The notes under the pieces: model-generated
What the model saw: only the letters and a program-made list of their open reading frames with translations
Database searches by the model: none
Told to the model about the DNA's origin: nothing
Origin: Macrostomum lignano
Taxonomy: Eukaryota
Direction: 5' to 3'
DNA: 64,000 nt
NCBI GenBank assembly: GCA_002269645.1
Contig: NIVC01003923.1
Span: forward strand, 5,457 to 69,456
Translations under genes and position numbers: made by a program
Part shown: piece after piece, positions 44,265 through 58,430 of the stretch
Position numbering within the stretch: the first letter of the stretch is position 1
Layout: every line of letters starts with the position of its first letter

Positions 44265-44560
44265 CAGTTTATAGCTGTGGCCTTGCTGCCGTTTCCCACT
44301 GGAGACCCCAGCGAGTGACAGTTTATAGCTGTGGCCTTGGTGCCGTTTCCCACTGGAGACCCCAGCGAGTGACAGTTTATAGCTGTGGCCTTGCTGCCGT
44401 TTCCCACTGGAGACCCCAGCGAGTGACAGTTTATAGCTGTGGCCTTGGTGCCGTTTCCCACTGGAGACCCCAGCGAGTGACAGTTTATAGCTGTGGCCTT
44501 GCTGCCGTTTCCCACTGGAGACCCCAGCGAGTGACAGTTTATAGCTGTGGCCTTGCTGCC
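44234..44560 (+). repeat. 54-bp minisatellite including the last PUDP codons and stop, 6 copies
   Basis: (GCCGTTTCCCACTGGAGACCCCAGCGAGTGACAGTTTATAGCTGTGGCCTTGCT)n. Confidence 0.95.
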
Positions 44561-44787
44561 GTCGGCTTTCGCACTGTGCAGTCCTCAGACTTTCCTGCCT
44601 ATATATTAAAGCAATTCAATTCACTCTCCATAGTCAGTGTTGAAATAAATGTTAGAACCAATTTAGCTTATTGGTTGATGTGGTGTAGTGGCACTGCCTT
44701 ATGGGCCCCGACTTTGCTACGGATGTCTCAGGAGCTTTTGGTGTTTTTATATTTTCGCACGATGTGCGAGTCCATCGGCCTTCTACA

Positions 44788-45170
44788 TCACAAACTTTGT
44801 GGCGGCCTAGACCAGCGGTCTGGCGCGGCGCTCTGATGTACCAGCGGCCCAGGCTCGATTCCAAGTGCAGTCAAATTAATAATTTGGGGATAAATTGGAA
44901 TCTCGGCTTGGCCCTGTTTGTGTAAATAACGTCCTTGATGGCCAACCCCCAAGGCACAGTGAAGTGTACATGTCTAACGATAAATTAAGTTAGGGCCGCT
45001 TTACACCTGTGTGAGTGTGTGCCTGCGCGTATGACTGCGTACGCATCCTTGCGCTTGTGTGCCTGCTCAGGGGAGTCGGCGGAATGGGCAGCAATGCCTC
45101 TCGCCGGTTGTGTGACAATGTCGCTTAAAGTGTGCCAGGGTGCACGCAGCCTCCTGCTTCTACATGTAAC
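44788..45170 (+). mobile_element. tRNA-derived SINE-like element, second family
   Basis: A-box-like GGCCTAGACCAGCGG and B box GGCTCGATTCC; body motifs CCCAAGGCAC..GTGTACATG..GCTTGTGTGCC..CAGG.GAGTC..AATGGGCAG shared with 32170-32400. Confidence 0.55.
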
Positions 45171-45204
45171 TACGAGGAAAAACTAACGATCACAAACTTC
45201 CCCA

Positions 45205-45748
45205 TCTGGAAACTTCACAATCTGGAAACTTCCCAAGCTCGAAACTTCCCAAACTGGAAACTTCACAGACTGGAAACTTTACAATCTGGAAACTTCACAG
45301 ACTGGAAACTTCACAATCTGGAAAATTCCCAAACTGGAAACTTCCCAAACTGTAAACTTCCCAAACTGGAAACTTCACAGACTGGAAACTTCACAATCTG
45401 GAAACTTCACAATCTGGAAACTTCACAGACTGGAAACTTCACAATCTGGAAACTTCCCAAACTGGAAACTTCCCAAACTGGAAACTTCACAGACTGGAAA
45501 CTTTACAATCTGGAAACTTCACAGACTGGAAACTTCACAATCTGGAAAATTCCCAAACTGGAAACTTCCCAAACTGTAAACTTCCCAAACTGGAAACTTC
45601 ACAGACTGGAAACTTCACAATCTGGAAACTTCACAATCTGGAAACTTCACAGACTGGAAACTTCACAATCTGGAAACTTCCCAAACTGGAAACTTCCCAA
45701 ACTGGAAACTTCACAATCTGGAAATTTCATAAACTGGAAACTTCACAT
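45205..45748. repeat. 16-bp minisatellite
   Basis: (CTGGAAACTTCACAAT/CCCAAA/CACAGA)n. Confidence 0.95.
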
Positions 45749-46559
45749 CGTCAAAATTGTCAAGTTTTGAATTGGACGCAAGACTTTTCTATAACTATAG
45801 AATAAATTTTCTTTTTAATTTTAAAAGTTCTCAATTTCTCCAGTTGAACCGACTTTAAGCGTGTTTGCAATGCCCTGCTTTTTGCAATGCTTTCCGGGCC
45901 AATGGCTACCAGGGCCACGAACTCGCCAGCTCTGATTGGCTGAGGGCCCCAGATTAATACTGCTTCAGCACCCGCCTCTCTGAACCCTATACTGACCTCA
46001 TGCTGTCGTCTGCCATGAAATCGCAAACCGAGTTTCAATCCGCAGGGTCAACACTGAGCCAGGCTCTGCGACCCACTTGCAGACTCTCCCCAATTTGGCT
46101 GATATTGGAATGATTCAATCTCAGCAGCGCCATCATTAGCCAGCCCTATTGAGTCTCTCGCGGATAATATATTTGGCAACGAGGAGTCTGCGGCAGCTCC
46201 GCATTGCCAACGGCATCTGCTAGCAGCCCGTGTCGATCTGTGATCATTCTTAGCTCTGCTCTTGACCAACAATGCTGCACTGTTCTGCACTGCTTCTGCA
46301 GGCCTTGGCGGTGCTCCTGTTTGGTGAGTGGCTTATATGTTAGCTGATACTAATAATAGGATTTTTCGAGCGCTCAAGTTATGTCTTAAAATTTCCGGTC
46401 TGTAAGTTTTGTACGAGCTCGTACCTATCTAAAGCCATCGATGCTAACCTATAGACTATGGTAAACCCCGTCCAAGGATTTTGAAACGCCTAAATAGAGA
46501 TGCCTAAATCGTTAAGAAGAGCCTGGCCAATTTCCATCCTAGAAACAATGCATCTCTTC

Positions 46560-48880
46560 TAGGGAGCCTTGGCAACATCTAGAGACCCTTGACAACATCT
46601 AGAGACCCTTGAAAACATCTATATTTCTAGATATTTCTAGGGTCTAGATGTTGCCAAGGGTCTCTAGATGTTGCCAAGGGTCTCTAGATGTTGCCAAGGG
46701 TCTCTAGATGCTGCCAAGGCTCTCTATATATTTCTAGGGTCTAGATGTTGCCAAGGGTCTGTAGATGTTGTCAAGGTATCTAGACCCTAGAAATATCTAG
46801 AGACCCTGGCAACATCTAGAGACCCTTGCAACATCTAGACCCTAGAAATATCTAGAGACCCTGGCAACATCTAGAGACCCTTGCAACATCTAGAGACCCT
46901 TGCAACATCTAGAGACCCTTGCAACATCTAGAGACCCTTGCAACATCTAGAGACCCTTGCAACATCTAGAGACCCTTGCAACATCTAGAGACCCTTGCAA
47001 CATCTAGACCCTTGAAATATCTAGAGACCCTAAAAATATCTAGAGACCTTGCAACATCTAGAGACCCTTGGCAACATCTAGACCCTAGAAATATCTAGAG
47101 ACCCTTGCAAAATTTAGACCCTAGAAATATCTAGAGATCCTGGCAACATCTAGAGACCCTTGGCAACATCTAGACCCTTAAAATATCTAGAAATATCTAG
47201 AGACCCTTGAAAAATTTAGACCCTAGGGTCTCTAGATCTCTAGGTCTCTAGGGCCAAGGGTCTCTAGATGTTGCCAAGGGTCTCTAGATGCTGCCAAGGC
47301 TCTCTAGATATTTCTAGGGTCTAGATGTTGCCAAGGGTCTGTAGATGTTGTCAAGGTATCTAGACCCTAGAAATATCTAGAGACCCTGGCAACATCTAGA
47401 GACCCTTGCAACATCTAGACCCTAGAAATATCTAGAGACCCTAGAAATATCTAGAGACCTTGCAACATCTAGAGACCCTTGGCAACATCTAGACCCTAGA
47501 AATATCTAGAGACCCTAGAAATATCTAGAGACCTTGCAACATCTAGAGACCCTTGGCAACATCTAGACCCTAGAAATATCTAGAGACCCTTGCAAAATTT
47601 AGACCCTAGGGTCTCTAGATCTCTAGGTCTCTAGGGCCAAGGGTCTCTAGATGTTGCCAAGGGTCTCTAGATGCTGCCAAGGCTCTCTAGATATTTCTAG
47701 GGTCTAGATGTTGCCAAGGGTCTCTAGATGTTGCAAGGTCTCTAGATATTTCTAGGGTCTCTAGATATTTCTAGGGTCTAGATGTTGCCAAGGGTCTGTA
47801 GATGTTGTCAAGGTATCTAGACCCTAGAAATATCTAGAGACCCTGGCAACATCTAGAGACCCTTGCAACATCTAGAGACCCTTGCAACATCTAGACCCTA
47901 GAAATATCCAGAGAACCAAGAAATATCTAGAGACCTTGCAACATCTAGAGACCCTTGGCAACATCTAGACCCTAGAAATATCTAGAGACACTTGCAAAAT
48001 TTAGACCCTAGAAATATCTAGAGATCCTGGCAACATCTAGAGACCCTTGGCAACATCTAGACCCTTGAAATATCTAGAGAGCTTTGACAACATCTAGACC
48101 CTAGAAATATCTAGAGACCCTGGCAACATCTAGAGACCCTTGGCAACATCTAGACCCTAGAAATATCTAGAGACACTTGCAAAATTTAGACCCTAGAAAT
48201 ATCTAGAGATCCTGGCAACATCTAGAGACCCTTGGCAACATCTAGACCCTTGAAATATCTAGAGAGCTTTGACAACATCTAGACCCTAGAAATATCTAGA
48301 GACCCTGGCAACATCTAGAGACCCTTGGCAACATCTAGACCCTCGAAATATCTAGAGACCTTGGCAGCATCTAGAGACCCTTGGCAACATCTAGACCCTA
48401 GAAATATCTAGAGACCCTGGCAATATTTAAAGACCCTTGGCAACATCCAGACCCTAGAAATATCTAGAGACCCTGGTAATATTTAAAGACTCTTGGCAAC
48501 ATCTTGACCCTAGAAAAATCTAGAGACCCTGGCAATATTTAGAGACCTTGGCAACATCTAGAGACCCTAAAAGCGTCTAGAGACCCTGGGCAATATCTAA
48601 AGACACTAGAAATATCTAGAGACCCTGGCAACATCTAGAGACCCTGGTAACATCTAAAGACCCTAGAGATATCTGGAGACCCTGACAACATCTAGAGAAA
48701 TATCTAGAGACCCTGGCATTCTCTAGGGACACTGACAACATCTGGAGACCCTGAAAATGTCTAGAGCCCCTGACATCTAGAGACCCTGACATCTAGAGAC
48801 CCTGACATCTAGAGACCCTGACATCTAGAGACCCTGACATCTAGAGACCCTGACATCTAGAGACCCGGCAACATCTAGGA
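46560..48880. repeat. Complex about 20-bp TCTAGA-rich satellite with internal inversions
   Basis: CTAGAGACCCTTGGCAACAT/CTAGACCCTAGAAATAT units occur in both orientations. Confidence 0.92.
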
Positions 48881-50045
48881 GCGTACTTGATTCAATAATC
48901 CACTGCCTTACCATTAACCCGGATTTTGTCCGTTCTCTCCCCACCCCAGTCCGAGCACAGTTCTTTCGAACTCCGCATTTTGCCTCTTCACTTGATGGCG
49001 AGAGGGCCGCGGTTAGCTCAAATACGAAGGCTGTTGAGTGTCGAGAGACAAAGAGAGGCACTCGACATCAAATTATCGAATCGGACAGGGGATGCTGAGT
49101 TTACTGGTAGCCGAAGGTAGTGAAGCGAAAGAGCACATCGATTGCCTGATGAGTTCCTAGTATACAGGACTGCGTAGCATGATGAAGCTGCTTCCCAGCC
49201 TCCCTGCAGTTGGGTCCCGCCCGACTACCAAAGCATGCGGGTGTTCTGTTGCAGCCTTGCAGCCGCTACGGTCTCTCCCCAACATGGACTTGCAGACTAC
49301 AGAAGAAGCACTGGATATCTTCTGCAGCATGGTAGAAAAAAGATGCTGTTTCTGGTACTTAATGCGATGTAGCATTTGTCAGCACTCAGTGTGACAAGCT
49401 TGTGAGTTAATCTCGCATCATATGCGCTGAGCAGTCCATGGAATTCTGTCCTGCATCCAGAGATTCTGGACCAGTTGCGAGACGTGCTACAAGCGTCGTC
49501 AAAGCGTCATTATTTTAATTATCGTGACTCCAAGCCACTCAAGGATTCATGGGAGTAGTAGCGAGGGCGAGCTCTCAAAAGTTAATTCTCATTATAAGAA
49601 GCTACAGTGCGCAGGGCGGGGGGTCAAGGAGGCTCGGGCGGGGATGACTTCGTGTTCCTGGACTCCTCTGTGCTTGGGGCCTCCTGTAGCAAAAGCAGGC
49701 AGTTGCGAGATGGAGCTAAGAGGAAGCTGACGGGACTGCTCAAGGAAATTGCGAGTAGGGGGGGGGAGAGTCTGCATGTCCGCGGGAAGAGAGGAGGAGC
49801 CAAGAACTGAGCTGGGATTGAGGCTCCCGGGAAATGGGATAATCTGCCCAACGTAAACTGCAGCTTAATTAGCGGGGGCGAAGTCGAGCTCGCCTCGGCG
49901 GCTGTTAATTCGGTTTCTGGGCCCCCAGCCAGCCGTACGATGGGGCGGCTGGTGCACGACTGCGAGGCTGGGGCCGCAGCTGGTCCGATTCAATTCTGTC
50001 GGGTGGCCAGGCTGAAGTAAGTGGGCCGTGCGGCTCGGCAACTAA

Positions 50046-50561
<516 letters not shown>

Positions 50562-51764
50562 TTCTAGTGGCACCTTATCAGACTAATAGTAAAGCGCACC
50601 TGTTGCAATAGTCTCCAATTGTCCAGCAAGCAATGAATTCCCACTCGAAAAGTGTTAGACTCGCAGGGAGGAACAGAAAAGCGTAAAACAAACAGCTGTT
50701 TCTGGTGTTGGCCCGCCAAAGCAACAGCAGTTTGTGTCCTTGCCGCATTTTTACCAGTTTTCTTCTACACAGATTATTTGCCCCTGTTTCCTGCCCCTCC
50801 CACAAAAATAACTATTAGCCGACAAGGACGCCGCCTCGGGGCTGCAGGAGGCCAAATTGGCAGGCCGGGGACTGATGGAAGACACGAGACACTTGAAGGA
50901 CTTGCAGGACCCGACAAAGCGGCACTGCGGCCGCGCGGCGGCTGCAATCGCTCTGCGGCCTCCGCACTTGGCTGTGGGGAGAGGGTGGGGGTCTCCACCC
51001 AGTGCAGCCGAAGGTGCTAAAGATGCGGCAACTATGTGAGGGAGCGCGCCTCCGGGAACCGCTGCCCGGTGGTTCAGACCCGAAGGAATGCTAAAATTTT
51101 ACCGCTGATTTCTTCCTTTCTCCCCCTGCCTCCCTCAAAACGCGCCGCTCCCGTTTCCGCCATTCATCCAAGCAGCCTCAGTTTTTTTGGAAACTTTTAG
51201 ACTGATGGACCGCTTTAGACTGAAGGGGATCTGCTCCCCTTTCTGCTGATTCCCGACAGGCCCCGAGGGGCTGGAGAGAACTGACCCCCCCCCTTGGTCC
51301 TAGGGGCCTGCCAGCAGAGTGCAGGCCGGCTAAAAGGTCACAGCGGGTGGCTAGTGGCCGGGTTCCCCCCTACCCTTACGCGCATTTGTAGGAAACTTTC
51401 GATGAAGAAATATCTCGTCGCCGCGTCGCCCCTTGACCGTCAAGAAAGTGGCGGCTTGCGCTGCAGACTGACGGAAAAGAGGCTGGGCCGAAGCGTCACG
51501 GAAGTCAGCCAGCGTCGCCTCTGACCGCCTGCGTCAACACTGGCCTGCGGGCGCGTCTGGTGCTTCTCCGCGCGCCATTATCGCAATTTCGGCCAGCTAT
51601 AAACAATTCAAGCTTTGACGCAGCCGCTCTCAGACCCCACCTGCGGCCCACGGGCCTTGACTGGCAAGTGTCGGACGGGCTTCAGACTGAGTGGCAGTTT
51701 CCCTCCCCCTTGCTTCTGTCCGTCCATCCATCCACCAATGCGTCTGAGCTGCGTTGCAGCGTCG

Positions 51765-52758
51765 CTGTGGTGTCACTGTGGTGTCACTGACTTTCACTGT
51801 GGTGTCACTGTAGTGTCACTGTGGTGTCACTGTGGTGTCACTGTGGTGTCACTGTGGTGTCACTGTGGTGTCACTGTGGTGTCACTGTGGTGTCACTGTG
51901 GTGTCACTGACTTTCACTGTGGTGTCACTGTAGTGTCACTGTGGTGTCACTGTGGTGTCACTGTGGTGTCACTGTGGTGTCACTGTGGTGGCTCGGTAGC
52001 GTCACTGTGGTGTCACTGTGGTGTCACTGTGGTGTCACTGTGGTGTCACTGTGGTGGCTCGGTAGCGTCACTGTGGTGTCACTGTAGTGTTACTGTAATG
52101 TCACTGTGGTGTCACTGTAATGTCACTGTAATGTCACTGTGGTGTCACTGTAATGTCACTGTAATGTCACTGTGGTGTCACTGTAGTGTTACTGTAATGT
52201 CACTGTGGTGTCACTGTAATGTCACTGTAATGTCACTGTGGTGTCACTGTAGTGCCACTGTAGTGTCACTTCAGTACCATTTAAGTTCCACTGACTCCTC
52301 TGTGACCCCACTGACTCCTCTGTGACCCCACTGACTCCTCTGTGACCCCACTGACTCCTCTGTGACCCCACTGACTCCTCTGTGACCCCACTGACTCCTC
52401 TGTGACCCCACTGACTCCTCTGTGACCCCACTGACTCCTCTGTGACCCCACTGACTCCTCTGTGACCCCACTGACTCCTCTGTGACCCCACTGACTCCTC
52501 TGTGACCCCACTGACTCCTCTGTGACCCCACTGACTCCTCTGTGACCCCACTGACTCCTCTGTGACCCCACTGACTCCTCTGTGACCCCACTGACTCCTC
52601 TGTGACCCCACTGACTCCTCTGTGACCCCACTGACTCCTCTGTGACCCCACTGACTCCTCTGTGACCCCACTGACTCCTCTGTGACCCCACTGACTCCTC
52701 TGTGACCCCACTGACTCCTCTGTGACCCCACTGACTATTCTGTGACCCAACTGACTCC
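51765..52758. repeat. Adjacent 11-bp and 20-bp minisatellites
   Basis: (TGTGGTGTCAC)n at 51765-52270, then (CTGACTCCTCTGTGACCCCA)n at 52290-52758. Confidence 0.95.
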
Positions 52759-53608
52759 CCCAGGAATCTTCACACGAAGTTTCCACAGCATTTCGATTCA
52801 TTTCCGTATAAGACTGTCAAAATTCGCAGTGCAACTCGCGGCTTGGCGTCAGGCGGTTTTGCCTGTCACGATCGGGCCCAGACTTGCCGTTTCGTCTCGT
52901 GAAAATCGAGAATGGCTCACCGGAGACTTGCGCCAAATCGTGGAAAGAAAATAAATTAAAGTTGGCACTTATTCTGGTTCGCAAGTTCCGGCTGCCAGAT
53001 CTCTGGAGCAGATATTATATTAACTGCTGAGCACTGAGCATTCCGAGGCCAGCATTAATATTGCCCCGTCCTCGTATTATTTCGCCATTTCTCACGGTAG
53101 GAAATGACCGTTTTGTTGCCGCCCAGTCAGCCGTTTCGCTGAGTGGCCTACCCGCTATTTTCCTCTCGTATGGAAGATATGGAAGCTCAATTCCCTCCCC
53201 TGCTCCCGTCCTTCCTGAGCTCCCCATTGAGAAATCTTCGCCCTCTCCTACGCAGCAATCTTGCTTCGATCTAAATCTTGTCGTGACCTGTCAATAGCAT
53301 CGCCGCCTTTGCGACGGATGGCCTTCTCTAATCCTGTCAACTGGTGTGGAGCAGACCTGATTGACAGCTTCAAATGGGAATTCTCTTATTTTTTAGCAAA
53401 ATTAATAACTGGCCTGCGGTGAACGGACGGTAGCAAAGCAATGCAGAGATGGGATAGTGCGCCCAGTCAATCAAAGGCAGAGAAAGGCCGCCCGCACGTT
53501 CGCGTTAATGTCTGGTCCAGGGCATCCAATTACTCCGAGGCATTTAACTTCATCATTAACACCTTCAATACAATGCGTCTGCCGACCTGAAGCTCGTAAA
53601 TTATTAGT

Positions 53609-53866
53609 TGCAACCGACAGTTCAGCCGCAGCTATTGCGCGGCGCATCTGAAGGTTTCGTACGGCTGTTCAGTCCAAGGACTGGGGGGTCGCCACACACA
53701 CCCTCAATTTCCCCAGCTAATGCTGGCACAAATGTACAGCTGGGTGAACTGAAGCAATGCAGAGTTAAGCGTCTTGCTCAAGGACACAAATCGTTCCAGT
53801 GGGATCGGGAATCGAACCCCCGACCTTTCAGGTCATGAGTCGGACGCAATCAACCACGATCCGTAC
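53609..53866 (-). mobile_element. tRNA-derived CORE-SINE, copy 2
   Basis: Colinear, diverged copy of 7745-7993, with B box and GTGTCCTTGAGCAAGAC core. Confidence 0.85.
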
Positions 53867-55186
53867 AATGAAGTTAAGCATAACTGGTTACAGTTAGTAT
53901 GCATCCCGCATTGCAGCCACGTTTAACAATAGAGAAAGTCAAGCTGATCTCTAGTGAGCACAGTTAATGATGATGTGAGCACAGATATAAGCTGGCCACT
54001 TAGCAGGGATTCAGACTATTACATCTTCTATTTATACGATGAAGTATCTTATTTAAATCCATTTGACTATGGAAGAAGCATTTACTTAATCGAGTGTGGT
54101 CGCCTCCAGTCCCTAGGTTAGATTGTCCTTAGTGCTCCTTATTTCAAAAAACTCTATCATTCTATATACCTTCCTGTCCCCTCTTTTCTACCTCCGTTCC
54201 CGACGTCTATCTTTTAAAGGGGATGTTTATCCCCCCTTAGAACGCTGTCTAGCCAGTCCCTCTGTTTGGTCTCTGCATATCTTGAGCAATCCCAACTTTG
54301 GCTGCGCAACCGGAAGCTGCTTATTTTTAAAGCTTATCATAAATTTTGGCACATTGTCAGACACAGGATGGCGTTGCAGTCACGCCATCAGCCTCGGTCA
54401 CGCAATTTATTGTGCTGAGAGCTGCGAAACGGCTAAACGAATCAAGGGTGGCATTGCGTCTCGCTGAATTTCAATAGACAGACGCGTGCCCAAGCTCCAT
54501 GCTGTATAAGGCATGTCTGGCAGTCTAATCCGTGTATAACAATGCTAACTTGGCTGGGAGCAGGCGGTGCAAAAGATTGGCACAAAAATCGCAGCTTTTT
54601 CATCAGACTCTCGGGAATTCGCTGCCAGCGAGCCAGGCAGTCGAAATCGTGAAAATGCCAGCCTCTCTCTCTGGCCTCCACAGAGAAAATCGCTGTTAAA
54701 TTATTAATCGATGGCTGCTTAAATTGGCACTGGTTTCATGACGCTGCTGTCTGCATCGCATTCGAGCTGACTTTGCTTGCTCGCATGCGTCTGGCGACAG
54801 GTGCTGGCGTCAATAATTCAGCAATTCTCCCAGACAGTTCAGGCAATCCGAAGATCTCCCAGGCAGCAGGCGTCCGGGATTCGATTTTTCGTGCCCACTT
54901 GCTGCGCTCATGTTTTATTAATTAAGCGCTAGAGAAAAAACACTCAAAGACAGATATGAAGTTGAGAAAGAAAATGCTGCTTTGCATGCTGTCTCGAGTG
55001 TGGGGAAGAACTCGCGCTGTCTCCTTCGGTTTTCAGCTTCCCAACGGGAACAAGACTTAAAGCATTACTCGCTGCTCTTCCCTATTTGAAGGATTCTCAC
55101 GACTAAAGTTTTTTGTCTAATGGAAAAAAATGTCGGTCTCATTTTTGGTGCAACCTAGTATATTGCCTATCAAAATCCGTCTACAG

Positions 55187-58100
55187 TCCGCACAGAGGCC
55201 ATCGAGCTCGCAAGTTGCAGCGAGACCGAGTTCAACTTCGAGTTGGACACGTGCATCAACCGCCTGGGCCCGAGCACACGGAGTCACGTGTTTAACTACT
55301 CATTCGAGTCCAAGACCTCCGGTCTGGTGTCCGTGCTGCAGCTCAGCCTGCAGATGCCTGCACAGTTGGTTACCATCTGCTCGTGAGTGGTACAGGTGTT
55401 CTAGGGGTACAGGAGGGTTGTTAGTAAGATTGGTTTGAATATTTATAGGACTGTCACGCACTAAAATCCACTTGCAGCAACCTGCGAGTCTACAAAGACT
55501 GTCAGGACGCGGCGGTGCGCAGGTTCCAGTCCAGCTGGTCTCGCTGCAGCTGGTGGCGGGCCAAGCAGGAGGAGTACTTTTACCGCTTTGACGGCTTTTT
55601 CAATGGCGTATGCGAGACAAGTGCGTACTGGAATAATATTCTGTTGTACTTGTATTCTCAGCGTTCTGAGCTGAATGCGGTTCCACGTTGCTCAAACATC
55701 TCAAATCGCTTTGATCGACAAATACGCTTTATGATTTCTCTTCCTTCAATGAGCAATGCTTTAGCCCTGTTGTTCACCTATAGAGGGTTGTCGTGTCAGC
55801 CTTGGCCTCAGCAGCTCCCCCGACAAGCAGCTCTCCTCAGTTCGCACTTTCTACTTCTCCAGACTACAGCAGCTACGCCCACTGCATCAGCAAGCAGCTG
55901 GACAGCTACCTGGCCCGGCGCTGCAACCTGATGTTCTCAGTGCGCAACCGGCTCATGGTCTCTGACGAGTGCGGGCTCAGCAACGAGTACCTCGGCTGTC
56001 TAAATGCTCTGGTTGCCACCGGCTGCGTCGGGCGCGTCGCCGAGTTGCGATTTCAAGACGTGGCTCCGTACCTGCTTGGCTCGGCGGCCTGCCGGGATCG
56101 ATACGACTTTGCCAGGCCTGCGTTCGGTGAGTAAACTACGAAGACCAAAGGCGTGCAGTAGTTTCTAGGGAATAAAAAACTTTAAAAGAGCTTTATAAAA
56201 AAACCAAGAAACGCAGACACAAGATCGCGATTTGTCTAGATCTAAATATGTTCGGGTCACGGATGTTAGTCCTAGCCTGCTTTGGCTATCAGTGCCCCAG
56301 TGCACCCGTCTCTGCCCCAGTGTGCCCTATAACTGTACCTGTCAAAAGCACTTTACAATCTGTTTAGCGAAATCCTCTCCTCCCTCCGCCTGGCCGTGAT
56401 TTTCCAGCCTTCGCCTACGACAATCCGACGTGCGTGCCGCGCTTTCAAGAGATGCTGCAGAAAATTCGTGACGACTTTCTTAACGCCGTCGGAGATCCGT
56501 TCGTGCGGGTCCCTACCCCTACCCGGTTCTGATGAGCGGCTCCAGCCAAATTCTGCGGAACAAAATTTGTCCGTAAGGATTATTTTCCTCTGTGCTCTGC
56601 GTTGACGCGTCCGCGATGGCGGGACACTCGGGGAGTTGGAGCTTCTCACATCGACGCCCCATTTTGCTTCCTCATTCCGGCATCCAGTCTCCTACTTCGT
56701 ATTTGTAAATTATTAATCAGCCTCATTCACTCACTGGATTCCAGTTTCTGTCGCAGCTACTCCCGCAGTGTTAGACGCGCATTTCGCAGGGATCCAGAGC
56801 TCAGGGCTAGAAAAAAATTAAGCTGTTCAATGCAGCAGACAGACGGTTCTTAGCACCTCAGCGTTCTTACTCTTTGTCCCTATAGTCATAAAAATTTCAA
56901 TTATGGAAATAAAAGCTGCATCTTCGAGCTATCTGATACATCTACATCCGCACCTGCATCCGCATTCACATTCACACCCGCATCCGCATCCGCATCCGCA
57001 TCCGCATCCACATCCGCATCCACATCCGCATCCACATCCGCATCCACATCCACATTCACATCCGCATCTGCATCCGCATCCACATCCGCATCCACATCCA
57101 CATTCACATCCACATTCACATCCACATTCACATCCGCATCTGCATCCGCATCCACATCCGCATCTGCATCCGCATCCACATCCGCATCCACATCCACATT
57201 CACATCCACATTCACATCCACATTCACATCCGCATCTGCATCCGCATCCACATCCGCATCCACATCCACACCCACATCCACATCCACATCCACATCCACA
57301 TCCGCATCCACATCCACATCCACATCCACATCCACATCCGCATCCGCAATCGCATCCTCAAACATCTTGGAGAATGGAGGCATGCAGTCTCCGCAAAAAA
57401 TTCCTCTGGAAGATTCGCGATCCTATTTTCATTTTTTCATTCGCACCATTGACTCTGACGAACCTCTCCAACAGTGCACTGCAGAGATACGAGAGCCGGT
57501 CAACCGAAGTGAAGAGCCGATGCCAGCACGGCTACAATTTGATTCGGGCCACGTTTGACTGGAGACTTCTCACCAATCAGCTGGAGTTCATCTGTGACAA
57601 TATCGACAGTGAGTCAGTCAACTTGTTTGGTTTCCACTCAACACTTAATGCGTAATTTCAAGTATCTATGTATCGCTGGTACGCTCCTATATGAAAGTTC
57701 ATTTGAGAGACCAGTTTTTCTTAAAAGTACGTTAGCCAAATGAGAATTTTTTGTTCTTTGTCACTTAGTCGACGAGTTTCCACCTTCTAGACTTCCGATA
57801 CGAGCTGTACATGCATTGGGGCAGAGCAGCTCAGAGGTAAACACGTCTGATTCTCGTTTCACGACCCCTGGTTCGATTCCGTTCGCAGCTCGTAGTAACA
57901 TTAATTCTCGGCTTCTGCGCGAAACATTGCCGTAGTTGTCGTGCGATTCACACTCACGAGGGCCAACCTGCAATGCACAGAGAATTTACATGCCTGAAGA
58001 TTAGCACGAGTCGTGACTGCGTGCCTGCGTACGGTATCCGCGCGCTTGTGTGTACTCAGGAGCGAGCGGAACGGAGTTAGAATTGTCTCACCGCTATTCG

Positions 58101-58395
58101 TTGCGCCCACATTCACAGAAAGAAGAACAAAATACGAGTTGCTGTTGTCTCTTTCTGCTAACTGACCAATATGGCCACATATTTTGAAAAACAATATCAA
58201 AGCAAAAACTGGACTCTTATATTGTTCCGTCTTCTAACTGGCTCGTACTAGAGGTTCTCGTCCTTAACTACTAGCTAGAAAATTATAAATGCACATGCAG
58301 ATGCGCATTTCGTAATAGAAGAGAAAGTTATCCAGTGCAGGCGACACGTTGAGGACGGAAGAACTAAATGCTTATGAAAAAACAGCTCAGACAAG

Positions 58396-58430
<35 letters not shown>

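Noticed and set aside
49120-49180. CTGATGA/GAAA hammerhead-like cores (also at 56530 and 59296)
   Set aside because: Required stems and the NUH site could not be formed; one candidate lies inside a coding exon.
56901-57383. His-Pro repeat or Asp-Val/Ala repeat protein
   Set aside because: A hexanucleotide repeat inside an intron bounded by good splice sites.
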